The notes under the pieces were generated by a model. That model searched no databases and had not been told where the DNA came from. It worked only from the letters and a program-made list of their open reading frames with translations. 64,000 nt of DNA, from positions 21,193 through 85,192 of the forward strand of contig JAKCEX010000001.1 of the NCBI GenBank assembly GCA_023539395.1. The letters run 5' to 3'. The position numbers and the translations under genes were made by a program. Positions 9,925 through 20,088 of the stretch are shown here, piece after piece (position 1 is the first letter of the stretch; every line of letters starts with the position of its first letter). The stretch is from Candidatus Geocrenenecus arthurdayi. Its GTDB lineage: Archaea; Thermoproteota; Nitrososphaeria_A; Caldarchaeales; Wolframiiraptoraceae.

Positions 9925-11217
9925 CTATATTTCTTTGAATGAAACATCGAGTTTTTCTAGGTCTTTTAAGAAGTTTGGGTAAGATACCTCCACCCATCTT
10001 AACCCGTTGATTATGCATCCCCTCTTAGTTGATGCTGCAAGAACTGTAAAAGCCATGAATAACCTATGATCATTATGGGCATCAAGCTCAATGTTTCCCT
10101 CAAGTTCTTCTCTCCCCTTAATCTTCATCCCATCCTCAAATACCTCTACGTCTACCCCAAGCTTCATTAACTCTATTGCTACAGAAGAGATCCTATCACT
10201 CTCCTTAAATCTAGCATGCTTAACATCTTTGATAATCGTTAGGCTAGGAGTCTTCGCAGCCATTACTGCTACAACTGGGACTAGGTCTGGCGAGTCTCTA
10301 AGACTGAATACTCTATCACAGATAGAAGGCTCTGAACCCTCTGCAACTATCCTATCATCTTGAATACTTACCTTAACATCAAATTCTCTAAGAATGTCTA
10401 GCATTGCAGAGTCTGCCTGTGGGAGGTTGAGGTTGAGGTTCCCAACCTCGACCCTGCTTCTAGTTAAGCATGCTCCAGCTAGGATAAATGATGCTGAACT
10501 AAAGTCTCCAGGGACTTTAAAAGATATTGGACGACCTTCTTGGTTAGGGCTAACCTCAAATAAAGAGTATCCTTCTCTCTTAACTCTATAATTATATCTT
10601 CCTAGCATTTCTATAGTTGCATCTATGTATCTTTTCGAGACAGGTTCACCTTCAATTCTTATCCTTGTATATTCTTCAGCTTTAGTTGATGCTATCAAGA
10701 GAGCTGAGATAAACTGAGAAGACATATCACCTCTAATAATTGCTTCACCACCTTTAAGTCCTCCCGACTTAACGATTATAGGTGCGTATCCATTTCCTCT
10801 ACTCGACCAGCATTCTACTCCGAGCATTCTAAGAGCATCTAGTAATGGCTGCATGGGTCTTCTCCTTAAACTATCATCACCACTAAGTATAACGTATCCA
10901 GGTGGAGCGAGAGAAGATATAGCTGTAAACAATCTTAAAGTAGTCCCAGAATTCTCAGCATTTACTACATCATCAGGTAAACACAGCTTACCACCACTAA
11001 TTAAGACATAGTTTTCTTTTTCTTTAGCAATCTCTGCTCCAAATTGCTTACATGCTCTTAGGGTTGCCAGAGTATCACTTGAAAATAGAGGGTTCATGAT
11101 AGTGCTGTCACCGCTAGTAATAAGAGAGATAGCGTAGACTCTATGAGTATAACTTTTGCTTGGTGGTGCATCAACCCGACCGCTTATAACTGAAGGAGCA
11201 ACATATAATCTATCCAA
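9925..11217 (-). CDS. aroA: EPSP synthase
   Basis: PPSKSYTHR, NSGTTLR, RRRPM, SSQFISA, KESDR, NDHR. Confidence 0.97.
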   Translation of the reverse strand: MDRLYVAPSVISGRVDAPPSKSYTHRVYAISLITSGDSTIMNPLFSSDTLATLRACKQFGAEIAKEKENYVLISGGKLCLPDDVVNAENSGTTLRLFTAISSLAPPGYVILSGDDSLRRRPMQPLLDALRMLGVECWSSRGNGYAPIIVKSGGLKGGEAIIRGDMSSQFISALLIASTKAEEYTRIRIEGEPVSKRYIDATIEMLGRYNYRVKREGYSLFEVSPNQEGRPISFKVPGDFSSASFILAGACLTRSRVEVGNLNLNLPQADSAMLDILREFDVKVSIQDDRIVAEGSEPSICDRVFSLRDSPDLVPVVAVMAAKTPSLTIIKDVKHARFKESDRISSVAIELMKLGVDVEVFEDGMKIKGREELEGNIELDAHNDHRLFMAFTVLAASTKRGCIINGLRWVEVSYPNFLKDLEKLDVSFKEI

Positions 11218-11420
11218 GCCTTCTTCTTGTTAATGACTACAATCTATCTTTAATATATATCCATCTTCTTTCACTTAATGATTTCCACCCATCGTATACA
11301 CTTGGATCTAGCAGTTTAGCACTATCCTATCTACTCTAGAAGGAGGTATTTTTATGATTATGCCCATGGAGAGGCTGTAAGATATGAAAGTTTATTTAAT
11401 GGGACTGCTCGGTTGAAGAT

Positions 11421-12245
11421 ATGTCTGCTGCTGAGCCTCGTATTGGTGGAGAGTTCTATCATGTTAGAGTGAAGCCTGGGGAGATTGCTGAATATGTTTT
11501 ACTTCCAGGAGACCCAGATAGAGTATTGAAGATTGCTAAGTATTGGGATGAGGGTAGAGAAGTTTCTTTCCATAGAGAGTTTAGAGTTTGGACAGGTATA
11601 GTTAATGGTAAACCTATCTCTGCATGCTCAACAGGTATAGGTGCACCGTCTACTGCTATTGCTATAGAGGAGCTTGCTAGGGCAGGCTGTAAAACGTTTA
11701 TTAGAGTTGGAAGCACAGGTGCTATCCAGAAGGGTATAGATCTAGGTGACCTGATAATTTCTACAGCTGCTGTGAGGCTTGAGGGAACATCTAGACAGTA
11801 TGTAATTGATGGTTATCCAGCTTCTGCAGATTATGAAGTTGTACTAGCATTAATCCAGGCAGCTGAAAATCTTGGGTTTAAATATCATCTAGGTATCTCA
11901 GCTTCTACTGATAGCTTCTATGTCGGGCAGGGTAGGAAGGGGTTCAGAGAATATAGTTGGAGTTATTCAGAGAAGATACTGAGTGATCTTCAATCAATGA
12001 ATGTGTTAAACTTTGAGATGGAGTCATCTATAATCTTTACGTTAGCTTCAATATACGGGCTACGTGCAGGATCTGTGTGTGCAGTATTCGCGAATAGGAT
12101 TGAAGATAAATTTGGGATAGTAGGTGAAGAAGATGCAATCAAGACAGCCATTGAAGCAGTAAAGATTCTATACGAATGGGATGAATTAAAAAATATCCAT
12201 GGCAAAAAATACTTCTATCCAACTCTCTTAAGGATTGGACGCTAA
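11421..12245 (+). CDS. udp: Uridine phosphorylase
   Basis: LPGDPDR, HREF, STGIGAPS, RVGSTG, SFYVGQGR, NFEME. Confidence 0.92.
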   Translation: MSAAEPRIGGEFYHVRVKPGEIAEYVLLPGDPDRVLKIAKYWDEGREVSFHREFRVWTGIVNGKPISACSTGIGAPSTAIAIEELARAGCKTFIRVGSTGAIQKGIDLGDLIISTAAVRLEGTSRQYVIDGYPASADYEVVLALIQAAENLGFKYHLGISASTDSFYVGQGRKGFREYSWSYSEKILSDLQSMNVLNFEMESSIIFTLASIYGLRAGSVCAVFANRIEDKFGIVGEEDAIKTAIEAVKILYEWDELKNIHGKKYFYPTLLRIGR

Positions 12246-12345
12246 GTTATGATTAAAAAGCTGCATCCTAGACAGCATCTATTTAGAAAAAATATATAAT
12301 AACAAGCCTGCAAATCTCCTTTAGGAATAGAGGGGTATTGAGAAC

Positions 12346-12603
12346 TTGAGCCGTGATACCCTAATTGGTATAGTAATTCTTGTTCTATCAATAGTAGGGA
12401 TAGTAACTTATAATTGGCTGCTATTCTTTACTGAGTGGGGTTTGATGATACTAAAGATAACCGCATTCATTGCTGTCACAGGGGTTCTCGCAATATTTGC
12501 TTGGATTGGATATACACTAGCTACTACTCCACCTCCGAAGCCGATAGAAGAGATCGAAAAGGAATTAGAGAAAGAGCTAAAAACCGAAGAAGAGAAAAAG
12601 TAA
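12346..12603 (+). CDS. Small two-TM conserved archaeal membrane protein
   Basis: Two hydrophobic helices, WIGYTLATTPPPKPIEE tail, SD and upstream TATA. Confidence 0.8.
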   Translation: MSRDTLIGIVILVLSIVGIVTYNWLLFFTEWGLMILKITAFIAVTGVLAIFAWIGYTLATTPPPKPIEEIEKELEKELKTEEEKK

Positions 12604-12664
12604 GCTAAAGAGGTACCTGAAATACTCTAAAACTTAATTTCTGCCTTTATGTAATTGGTAAGGT

Positions 12665-13579
12665 ATGAAGATTACATTTAAGACATCAACTGGTAGATCA
12701 GCCCATCTAGAAGTAAGTAGATTAAATCCATATATCCTCACAGGTGGCTCACCAAGTAGAATCAAGAAGGTTGCTGAATTTTTAGAGAAGCCAGAAGTCT
12801 TCGTGGGAGAGAGAGGCCACGTAGTAGTTAATGGGTTTTATGATGGTCTAGGAATTTCAGCTATCTCAACTGGGATGGGACCCTCAAGTGTAATGATAAT
12901 CCTTCCTGAGATTATTGAAGCTGTGGAAGATGATTTCATGGTTATCCTTAGACTTGGAACATCTGGTTCTCTTCAACAGTATGTTAAGAGAGGCCACATC
13001 CATATCCCAATATCATGTGTAAGAGATGAAGGAGCAACTACAGCTGTAATAGGTTTAGAGTATCCGGCAACTACAAGTATAGAGTTAATACCTCTATTAT
13101 TGAAAGCCGCTGAAGCAAACGGCTATATTCTTGGAAGGAATCTCTGGATAGGACCAGTCCATACAAAAGATGATTTATACTTTAGGGAGAGGCCAGGCTT
13201 TTCTCCCAGGAGGCTGGAACTAAAAGAGAGGATTAAGTCTTTTGTTGAAATGGGTGTAATCTCAAGTGAGATGGAGTTTTCAGCATACTGTATATTGAGA
13301 GACTATTATGAAGGATACCTTGATAAGAGAATATTTACTGGATGCGCTCTAGCAGTAGTAAGCGATTATTCTGAAGAAGGATTGATTGATACAAGCGGGG
13401 TAGATTCTTCTAAGATTGACTATGAGTTGATAAAGATAGGTTTAGAAGCATTCAGCTTATTTAGAAAACTGAAACAGAAAGAAACAGTAAACATAGACCA
13501 TGTTTACAATCTACTTCTCTCATTAAATCCTCGAAGTAGCTACATCTCTGGAAAGAAAGATGAACCGGCTTCCAAATAG
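12665..13579 (+). CDS. Divergent nucleoside phosphorylase (PNP/UDP family)
   Basis: GSPSR, STGMGPSS, RLGTSG, VRDEG, KDDLY, SEME. Confidence 0.85.
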   Translation: MKITFKTSTGRSAHLEVSRLNPYILTGGSPSRIKKVAEFLEKPEVFVGERGHVVVNGFYDGLGISAISTGMGPSSVMIILPEIIEAVEDDFMVILRLGTSGSLQQYVKRGHIHIPISCVRDEGATTAVIGLEYPATTSIELIPLLLKAAEANGYILGRNLWIGPVHTKDDLYFRERPGFSPRRLELKERIKSFVEMGVISSEMEFSAYCILRDYYEGYLDKRIFTGCALAVVSDYSEEGLIDTSGVDSSKIDYELIKIGLEAFSLFRKLKQKETVNIDHVYNLLLSLNPRSSYISGKKDEPASK

Positions 13580-13587
13580 GACCTACA

Positions 13588-14463
13588 TTACTCTAAGACC
13601 TTGACTTCTGCTATCTTGTTATTGGGTTTAGCCTTTAATGTTTTCCCAAAGTTTTTGAATTCTCTTTCTACTTCATCTTCGTATTCTGGTGTTGTTACTG
13701 CAACTATAGCTGGACCTTTACCTGATACTCCACATGCAAGTATATTCTTCCTCAATGCTGCTAGCATCGGTCTATAATCTATGTCTAGTGCAGAGGCTAT
13801 TATAAACCCATTAATTATCATAGCATCCCATATAAGCCCATTTAATGCTAATGTAACAGCCCTACTTGATAGATTTCTAATATTCTTGAAAATCTCTACG
13901 TTTAATTCCCTAGTATATTTCTTCTCCTCGGGTATGCTTATCAAAATGCTTAAGTCTTCATCCATGCTCCAGTGTGTAAGTATTTCTCTCTGATAATTAT
14001 CTGTAATATTTACACCACCTATCATGCATGTTACAGCATCATCGAATGCTCCTGTAATAGATACGCCTGCTTCTATGCAGGCATCAACAGCTAAGTTAAC
14101 GGCATCTATTAAGTTTAATCTTACACCTAAGAGTTTTGAGACTGCGAGTACAACCGCATCAGAGACTGCACTTGAACTCTTCAAACCTCTAGCAATAGGT
14201 ATATTTGAATAAATATCTAAATGTATACCAGCTTTCCCCTCACCTACAATATTCAATAGCTTATCTACAACTTTTTCTAGGAGCACAGTATCTTCAACCT
14301 CTTCATCTTCTAATTTAATCTCTACATCCAGTTCTCTCTTATTACTCTCAAAAAGTTCTGCTTCAACGATCGTTGTTAGGTCTATTCCTAATGCTGCCCC
14401 TAACCCAGTTGGGATAGCATTAACGATTGAGACTGCTCCATGTACTATTGCTCTAGTCTTCAT
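13588..14463 (-). CDS. aroK: Archaeal shikimate kinase (GHMP)
   Basis: SIVNAI.TG.G, IP.ARGLKSSSA, SITGAFDD, SGKGP. Confidence 0.95.
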   Translation of the reverse strand: MKTRAIVHGAVSIVNAIPTGLGAALGIDLTTIVEAELFESNKRELDVEIKLEDEEVEDTVLLEKVVDKLLNIVGEGKAGIHLDIYSNIPIARGLKSSSAVSDAVVLAVSKLLGVRLNLIDAVNLAVDACIEAGVSITGAFDDAVTCMIGGVNITDNYQREILTHWSMDEDLSILISIPEEKKYTRELNVEIFKNIRNLSSRAVTLALNGLIWDAMIINGFIIASALDIDYRPMLAALRKNILACGVSGKGPAIVAVTTPEYEDEVEREFKNFGKTLKAKPNNKIAEVKVLE

Positions 14464-15316
14464 CTCTTCCCCACTTCTTTAATGCTTCCTCTGCAACCCT
14501 CCACAAGATATCCCTAGGAGGATGTAAGCCTGTCCAGAGCTCGAAAGATTTAACAGCTTGCTCGATAAGTGGTTTTAATCCATTTATTGTTTCTGCTCCT
14601 GCTTTCTCAGCTTCTTCTAAAAGCTTAGTCTTTAAGGGGTTATAGACGAGGTCTAGTACTGTGGAGTTTCCTGGGATGTCGTTGGAAGATAATGGGGTTT
14701 CATCTTGACGTGGCCACATACCTATAGGTGTTGCATTGATTATTATAGATGAAGTTCTAGAGTATCTTCCCACCTCTGCGAGGCTTACCGACTTCATCTC
14801 TAAATCATTCATCTTAAATATTCTAACTAATGCAGCAGCTCTCCAAATCCTTCTATTTGCGATAACTATTTCTTTTATCCCAAGATTTTTCAAGGCTACT
14901 ACTGCTGCTCTTGCAGCACCTCCAGCTCCTATAATCAATGCTCTCCCATCAAGGGTGTTCCTTGAATCAAGTAAGGATCTCTTGATACCTTCTACATCAG
15001 TATTATATCCTATCAATTCATTATTCTTCAATACAACTGTGTTTACTGCTCTAGTCTCCTTTGCTGTTGAATCAAGTACATCTAGAAGCTTGATTATCGC
15101 TACTTTATAAGGTATTGTAACATTAAAGCCTACAACATTTAATGATTTTAATCCTTCAACTACTCTACGTAGGTACCTTGACTCAATATCAAATGATAGA
15201 TAAACAATATTTAATCCAAGATGTTTAAATGCGGAATTGTGTAGCTGAGGAGAGATAGAATGCTTTACTGGATGACCTATTAAGCAGCAGAGTCTAGTCT
15301 CAGAGTTTATCTCCAT
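14453..15316 (-). CDS. aroE: Shikimate dehydrogenase
   Basis: HSISPQLHN, NVTIPYK, AVNT, NTD, GAGGAARA, DLVYNP. Confidence 0.96.
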   Translation of the reverse strand: MEINSETRLCCLIGHPVKHSISPQLHNSAFKHLGLNIVYLSFDIESRYLRRVVEGLKSLNVVGFNVTIPYKVAIIKLLDVLDSTAKETRAVNTVVLKNNELIGYNTDVEGIKRSLLDSRNTLDGRALIIGAGGAARAAVVALKNLGIKEIVIANRRIWRAAALVRIFKMNDLEMKSVSLAEVGRYSRTSSIIINATPIGMWPRQDETPLSSNDIPGNSTVLDLVYNPLKTKLLEEAEKAGAETINGLKPLIEQAVKSFELWTGLHPPRDILWRVAEEALKKWGRDED

Positions 15317-15990
15317 ACCCCTCCACTCTCCAGCATAGTCATTATCTCAATTATTTCTCCAACGGTTGGTTGACCTGGAGCTACTTCTTCTCCTGGCAGG
15401 CATGTATAGATTATTGGTGAACCCATCAATATTGAAAGTATCCGTGATAGTAGACCCTTCTCTCCTAATCCAAATGCTATAAGCTTCTCAGGTGGGTAAA
15501 TCTTGTAGAGCCGGAGTATCCTTAGATTTTCTTCGAAACCATTAACCTTTGTAACTATTTTTGCAATATCACCCAGCTTAAGCATTTCCAAGGTTATCAG
15601 ACTTAGTTCATCAAGGCTTGGAGTATTATCAAACCTATGCCATGAGATAATCCTAGTACTTTCTTTATTAAATCTCAGCATAGAATCTTTTACTGTTTTG
15701 AGTTCTAAATCAATGTATGCAGGCTTAAGTCTAAGTAATTCCTTTAATAATTTGATTCTCGATTCTTCTTCTCCTCTAAACTCTCCGCCTTCCCATTGTG
15801 GTCTTACAGTTATGATTATTCTATTGCTTAGGTCTAATACTAGTCTCGTTAATTTCTCTATAGAGGGATTCTCTAGGTAATCTATTCGGAGCTCAACTAA
15901 GTCTCCTCCAATATCTAATGCTCTCTTAGCTTTCCATTCTAGTTCATCGATGTTTCTAGCTTTAACACTTACACAGATTTTAGGCTTCAT
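15307..15990 (-). CDS. aroD: Type I 3-dehydroquinate dehydratase
   Basis: ELRIDY, R..EGG, ISWH.F..TP, IAKI, SR, APGQ. Confidence 0.93.
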   Translation of the reverse strand: MKPKICVSVKARNIDELEWKAKRALDIGGDLVELRIDYLENPSIEKLTRLVLDLSNRIIITVRPQWEGGEFRGEEESRIKLLKELLRLKPAYIDLELKTVKDSMLRFNKESTRIISWHRFDNTPSLDELSLITLEMLKLGDIAKIVTKVNGFEENLRILRLYKIYPPEKLIAFGLGEKGLLSRILSILMGSPIIYTCLPGEEVAPGQPTVGEIIEIMTMLESGGVWR

Positions 15991-15993
15991 TTC

Positions 15994-17025
15994 TTATCTT
16001 TCAATGATGAATTCATCGACAGTTTTTCCAAAATGCCTGGCTTTAAGTTCAGAAACATGGACGATGACTTCATCTCCAGCTTTAATCTCAGTAACAGGGA
16101 TTAGTGAACCATCACTTCTTATAAGCCTGATTGTTTCAGCGTCCTGTAAGATTACTGATCCTTCTATACCTTTAACCCTAGCTTTGATCAATTTTAGCGG
16201 TCTCCTCTCAATTTTAACTCTACCAATTGAGGCTACCCTTGTTTTTCCACTGCTTGAAACTATCAATACCCTCATGCCTGACGATAGTTCTGAGAGATAC
16301 CTAGTTGACCCATTAGGCATCATTACATAGCAGTGTACTGCTCCAGCGTTCACTCTAAATGGTCTAGGAGATGTGAATGCTGAGCCTATGTTTTCATTAT
16401 GTATTAAGAAGAAGAATTGAGCAGTATTGCCTACAAGTAGTCCCTCTCCTATATTAAGAATTGTAACTGTATCTACGCATACTCTCTCCCCTATTCCTGC
16501 ATTCTTGACCTCAGTAACTTCTGCATACTCCAGTCCTATAATGTTGGTCAACTTAATGATTTCATGAACTGCATCTAAATCTTCAACACTATCCACTTTA
16601 ACTACTACTCCATCAACCCCTCTCTCTAATACCCCTAGGAGTGTCTCAGTCTCATTAAGGTTTGAAGCATAAGCATATAGTTTAACGTCAGCATCTTGGA
16701 GTTGAGCTACTAGGTTTTCTAGAGGAATAATCTTCCATGAAGGTGTATCTACAAAGATGATTTTAGCACCTGTGGATGCAGCTTTCAAGACCTTCTCAAT
16801 ATCTCCAGCTTCTTCTACCTTAACTTTCACAGGCTTTAGTCTTCTCTCTCCAAGTACCTCGACTACTTCATCTTCTCTCTCAAGATAAACATTAAGGTAA
16901 TCTTGCAGATCTTCAGGGATACTACATGAAATCTTACAGTATACATCTTTAATGCCTAGAGATAATGCATGCTCTATTAGCCTTCTATCTGGATAACTTG
17001 GAGAGATTATAATCTGTTTATTCAT
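15994..17025 (-). CDS. 3-dehydroquinate synthase II (AroB')
   Basis: WKIIPLENL, LERGVDG, RVCVDT, RPFRVNAGAVH, YLSEL, LQDAETI, RHFG. Confidence 0.95.
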   Translation of the reverse strand: MNKQIIISPSYPDRRLIEHALSLGIKDVYCKISCSIPEDLQDYLNVYLEREDEVVEVLGERRLKPVKVKVEEAGDIEKVLKAASTGAKIIFVDTPSWKIIPLENLVAQLQDADVKLYAYASNLNETETLLGVLERGVDGVVVKVDSVEDLDAVHEIIKLTNIIGLEYAEVTEVKNAGIGERVCVDTVTILNIGEGLLVGNTAQFFFLIHNENIGSAFTSPRPFRVNAGAVHCYVMMPNGSTRYLSELSSGMRVLIVSSSGKTRVASIGRVKIERRPLKLIKARVKGIEGSVILQDAETIRLIRSDGSLIPVTEIKAGDEVIVHVSELKARHFGKTVDEFIIER

Positions 17026-17821
17026 GATTTCTTCCACCCGCCAGTACTTGTAATGCTTCTTCAACAGTTCTACCTTCTATTACTACTGCTCTAAGAGCTC
17101 TCGTGATAAGCTCTGGGTCTTCATGTTGAAAGACGTTTCTACCAAATGTTATTCCGAACCCTCCTGCTCTTACAACTGCTTCAGCAAGCTCTAATACCTG
17201 TCTATCATTATCAAGTTTTGGTCCACCTGCTGCAACTACTGGTACTGGGCATCCTTTCACTATAGGCTTTATTTCGTCGGGGTTTGAGGAAGGCATGGGC
17301 ACCTTCACGATGTCTGCTCCTAGTTCAGCGGCTACTCTAGCTACGTGAGCAATTACATTCGGGTCATTCGGGTTTTTGATATTCTCTCCTCTAGGATACA
17401 TCATTGCTATAAGTGGGATTCCCCATTCATCGCATTCATCAGCCATCATGCCTAACTTAACTAGCATATCTTGTTCATCTTTGTTACCTATATTGATGTG
17501 GAGGGAGATAGCATCTGCTCCAAGTCTTATTGCTTCTCTTATTGTTCCTATTCTAACCTTCCAGTTGGGGCTAACTGATAAATTGGTTGAAGCCGAGAGA
17601 TGGATTATGAAGCCTATTGTTAATGGTGAAGGTAAGCTCTTGAATATTCCTTTATGTGCTAATACTGCTGTAGCTCCTCCCCTCTCAACTTTCTTGATTG
17701 TTTCATAAATATTGTCTATCCCCTTTATTGGACCAACAGTTACTCCATGATCCATTGGGATGCAGAGCATTCTATTATTGAAAGTTATTCTAGATATTCT
17801 AACTTGTTTACCAGAGACCAT
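17018..17821 (-). CDS. 2-amino-3,7-dideoxy-D-threo-hept-6-ulosonate (ADH) synthase (AroA')
   Basis: PMDHG, IHLSAST, AMMYPRG, ELGADIVK, AGGPK, GRNVFQ; adjacent to AroB'. Confidence 0.92.
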   Translation of the reverse strand: MVSGKQVRISRITFNNRMLCIPMDHGVTVGPIKGIDNIYETIKKVERGGATAVLAHKGIFKSLPSPLTIGFIIHLSASTNLSVSPNWKVRIGTIREAIRLGADAISLHINIGNKDEQDMLVKLGMMADECDEWGIPLIAMMYPRGENIKNPNDPNVIAHVARVAAELGADIVKVPMPSSNPDEIKPIVKGCPVPVVAAGGPKLDNDRQVLELAEAVVRAGGFGITFGRNVFQHEDPELITRALRAVVIEGRTVEEALQVLAGGRNHE

Positions 17822-17827
17822 CTTCCA

Positions 17828-18874
17828 TCACTCCAAGTATCCTTTAACTGTAAGAAGCTCAGCTGTAAGGATAGCTGTACCAGCTGCACCTCTAATCCTA
17901 TTATGGCTTAGAACAAAGTATTTTAGAACATTCTTAGACTCACCTCTCCTTACTCTTCCAACAACTATACTCATCCCCGGGATCGTTCCAGCATATACGT
18001 CTAGCCTAGGTTGAGGTCTATCCTCTATATCAGTAACAAGTATGGGCTCTTTAGGAGCTGTTGGCAGGTTAAGCTTCTGAGGCTCACCCCTAAACTTCTT
18101 GAATACTTCAATAACTTCATCTAATTGAACTTCTTTCTCAGTCTCAACATATACTGCTTCTAAATGCCCATCGATCGTTGGAACTCTAGCACATGATGCT
18201 TCAACAGGGAATCTCGCATATTCTATACTGCTACCATTAAATCTTCCTAGAATCTTCTTTGTTTCCTCTGAGATTTTCTCTTCTTCCTTCTTTATGTATG
18301 GTATTATGTTTCCGAGGATAGAGTAGGATGGTACTCCTGGGAAGCCTGCACCTGTTATTGCTTGATATGTTGCTACAACTACCTTGATTACCCCATATTG
18401 GTCTAAGACTGGTTTAAGGGAGAGAACAAGCCCTACAGCTGTACAGTTAGGGGTAGTTACTATGAATCCTTCAGTTTTCTTCTTTTGGATGTTTATTAGT
18501 TCAAGGTGGTCCGGGTTTACTTCAGGTATCATTAGTGGTACGTGAGGCTCCATTCTATGTGCTGATGCTTCACTAACAACTGGGAAACCATACTCAATGA
18601 ATCTAGGTTCAATCTCTCTTGCAGCATCCGAAGGTAGCGATGAAAAAACTAGGTCAGCATCAAACTTTTTTGGGTCTGGCTCTACAACTTCGATATCTTC
18701 AACTTCTTCGGGAACATTTCTTAAGGTTCTCACTGCCTCACCGTACTTCTTTCCCACACTCTTCTTCCCAGATAAAGTTGATATCTTAAACCATGGATGG
18801 TTTACTAACAAATCAATGTATTCTACTCCAACCATTCCTGTTGCTCCCAGAATACCTATTTTTATAGTCTTCAT
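17828..18874 (-). CDS. asd: Aspartate-semialdehyde dehydrogenase
   Basis: GATGMVG, PEVN, PNCT, QAITGAG, RVP..DGH, HNRIRGAAG. Confidence 0.96.
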   Translation of the reverse strand: MKTIKIGILGATGMVGVEYIDLLVNHPWFKISTLSGKKSVGKKYGEAVRTLRNVPEEVEDIEVVEPDPKKFDADLVFSSLPSDAAREIEPRFIEYGFPVVSEASAHRMEPHVPLMIPEVNPDHLELINIQKKKTEGFIVTTPNCTAVGLVLSLKPVLDQYGVIKVVVATYQAITGAGFPGVPSYSILGNIIPYIKKEEEKISEETKKILGRFNGSSIEYARFPVEASCARVPTIDGHLEAVYVETEKEVQLDEVIEVFKKFRGEPQKLNLPTAPKEPILVTDIEDRPQPRLDVYAGTIPGMSIVVGRVRRGESKNVLKYFVLSHNRIRGAAGTAILTAELLTVKGYLE

Positions 18875-20088
18875 GCTGTCACCTCTTTCTTTAACTCATC
18901 TATCAGCATCTTCTTTGCTCTATCAACGTCTCTACTAGAGAGTATTAATCTAATTGATGAGCTTATAGTTAGTAGACCATAGACGTTTATCCCAGATTCT
19001 GCTAGAGGTTTAGTAACTCTATAGATTACTCCAGGGCTCGTCTCAAGCATTCTCCCAGATATTACCAGCATTGATAGGTCTTGATAGAAGCTGATAGCTT
19101 TACCAATATTATTTGATACTAAAGCTGAGTGTATATCAGCTATGATCCCATCTTTCTCTTCAACATAGAGGACTATGGAATGCTCCTCACTAGTTACCGC
19201 TATAATCTTTAAGCCTCTCTCTTTTAGCTTGCTTACAAGTTTCTCGAAGGCTGCAACTCCATCAAGCTGTTCTCCAATAATAGTAGTCATAGTTATCTTG
19301 ATGGGCGGTGAATACACTTCTATCTCCGGTTCATAGCCTTTGATTATTGTTCCACCATTACTTAGTAGTTCTTTTAAACTGGCAATTCTAAGTCTTAGAT
19401 TTTTACCCAAGTATCTCAGTGCTTTCGTATGGATTATCTTTGAGCCTCCTCTTACTAGAGCTTGAACTTCCTTGAAGTTTAGCTCGCTCAATATCTTTGC
19501 ATCTTCAACTAGGTCTGGATCAGCTGAGAATATTCCAGCAACATCCTTGACTAATACTATCTCTTCAGCGTTTAGACAGCTTCCTATTAGAACTGCTGTT
19601 GTATCGCTACCCCCTCTACCTAATGTTGTTATCTTCCCTTCACTTGTTATCCCTATGAATCCGCAGATTACAGGTATAACTCCTTCAGATATTAATGGTA
19701 TGATCTTTTCTTCTATCCTCTTCTTCGTTTCTTCATAGATTGGCTCTGCATCAAGATGTTTACTGTTTGTTATTATTGGCCACTTATCATCGGATGGGTC
19801 GATGAATAATGCATTTACTCCATGTTCTCTTAAAGCTAGTGTGAAGAGCCTTACACTGGTTCTCTCACCCATCGCTAGTATCTCATCCATTAATGAGGGG
19901 TCAGGGCTCTTCGATAGATTTTTAACTGTCTCTACTAGTTCATCTGTTACTCCCTTTAATGCTGAGACAACCACTACAACTCCGTAGCCACTCTCCACTA
20001 GCTTCTTTACCCAGTTTGCAGCATCAGCAATAGCTGAGACATCCTTCAAGACAGATCCGCCCAATTTAACTACTATACTCTTAACCAA
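18871..20088 (-). CDS. ask: Aspartate kinase
   Basis: VVKLGGS, VVSA.KG.TD, GE, TTLGRGGSDT, DV.G...DP, C-terminal ACT domains; TTG start after GGGGGTG SD. Confidence 0.95.
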   Translation of the reverse strand: MVKSIVVKLGGSVLKDVSAIADAANWVKKLVESGYGVVVVVSALKGVTDELVETVKNLSKSPDPSLMDEILAMGERTSVRLFTLALREHGVNALFIDPSDDKWPIITNSKHLDAEPIYEETKKRIEEKIIPLISEGVIPVICGFIGITSEGKITTLGRGGSDTTAVLIGSCLNAEEIVLVKDVAGIFSADPDLVEDAKILSELNFKEVQALVRGGSKIIHTKALRYLGKNLRLRIASLKELLSNGGTIIKGYEPEIEVYSPPIKITMTTIIGEQLDGVAAFEKLVSKLKERGLKIIAVTSEEHSIVLYVEEKDGIIADIHSALVSNNIGKAISFYQDLSMLVISGRMLETSPGVIYRVTKPLAESGINVYGLLTISSSIRLILSSRDVDRAKKMLIDELKKEVTA

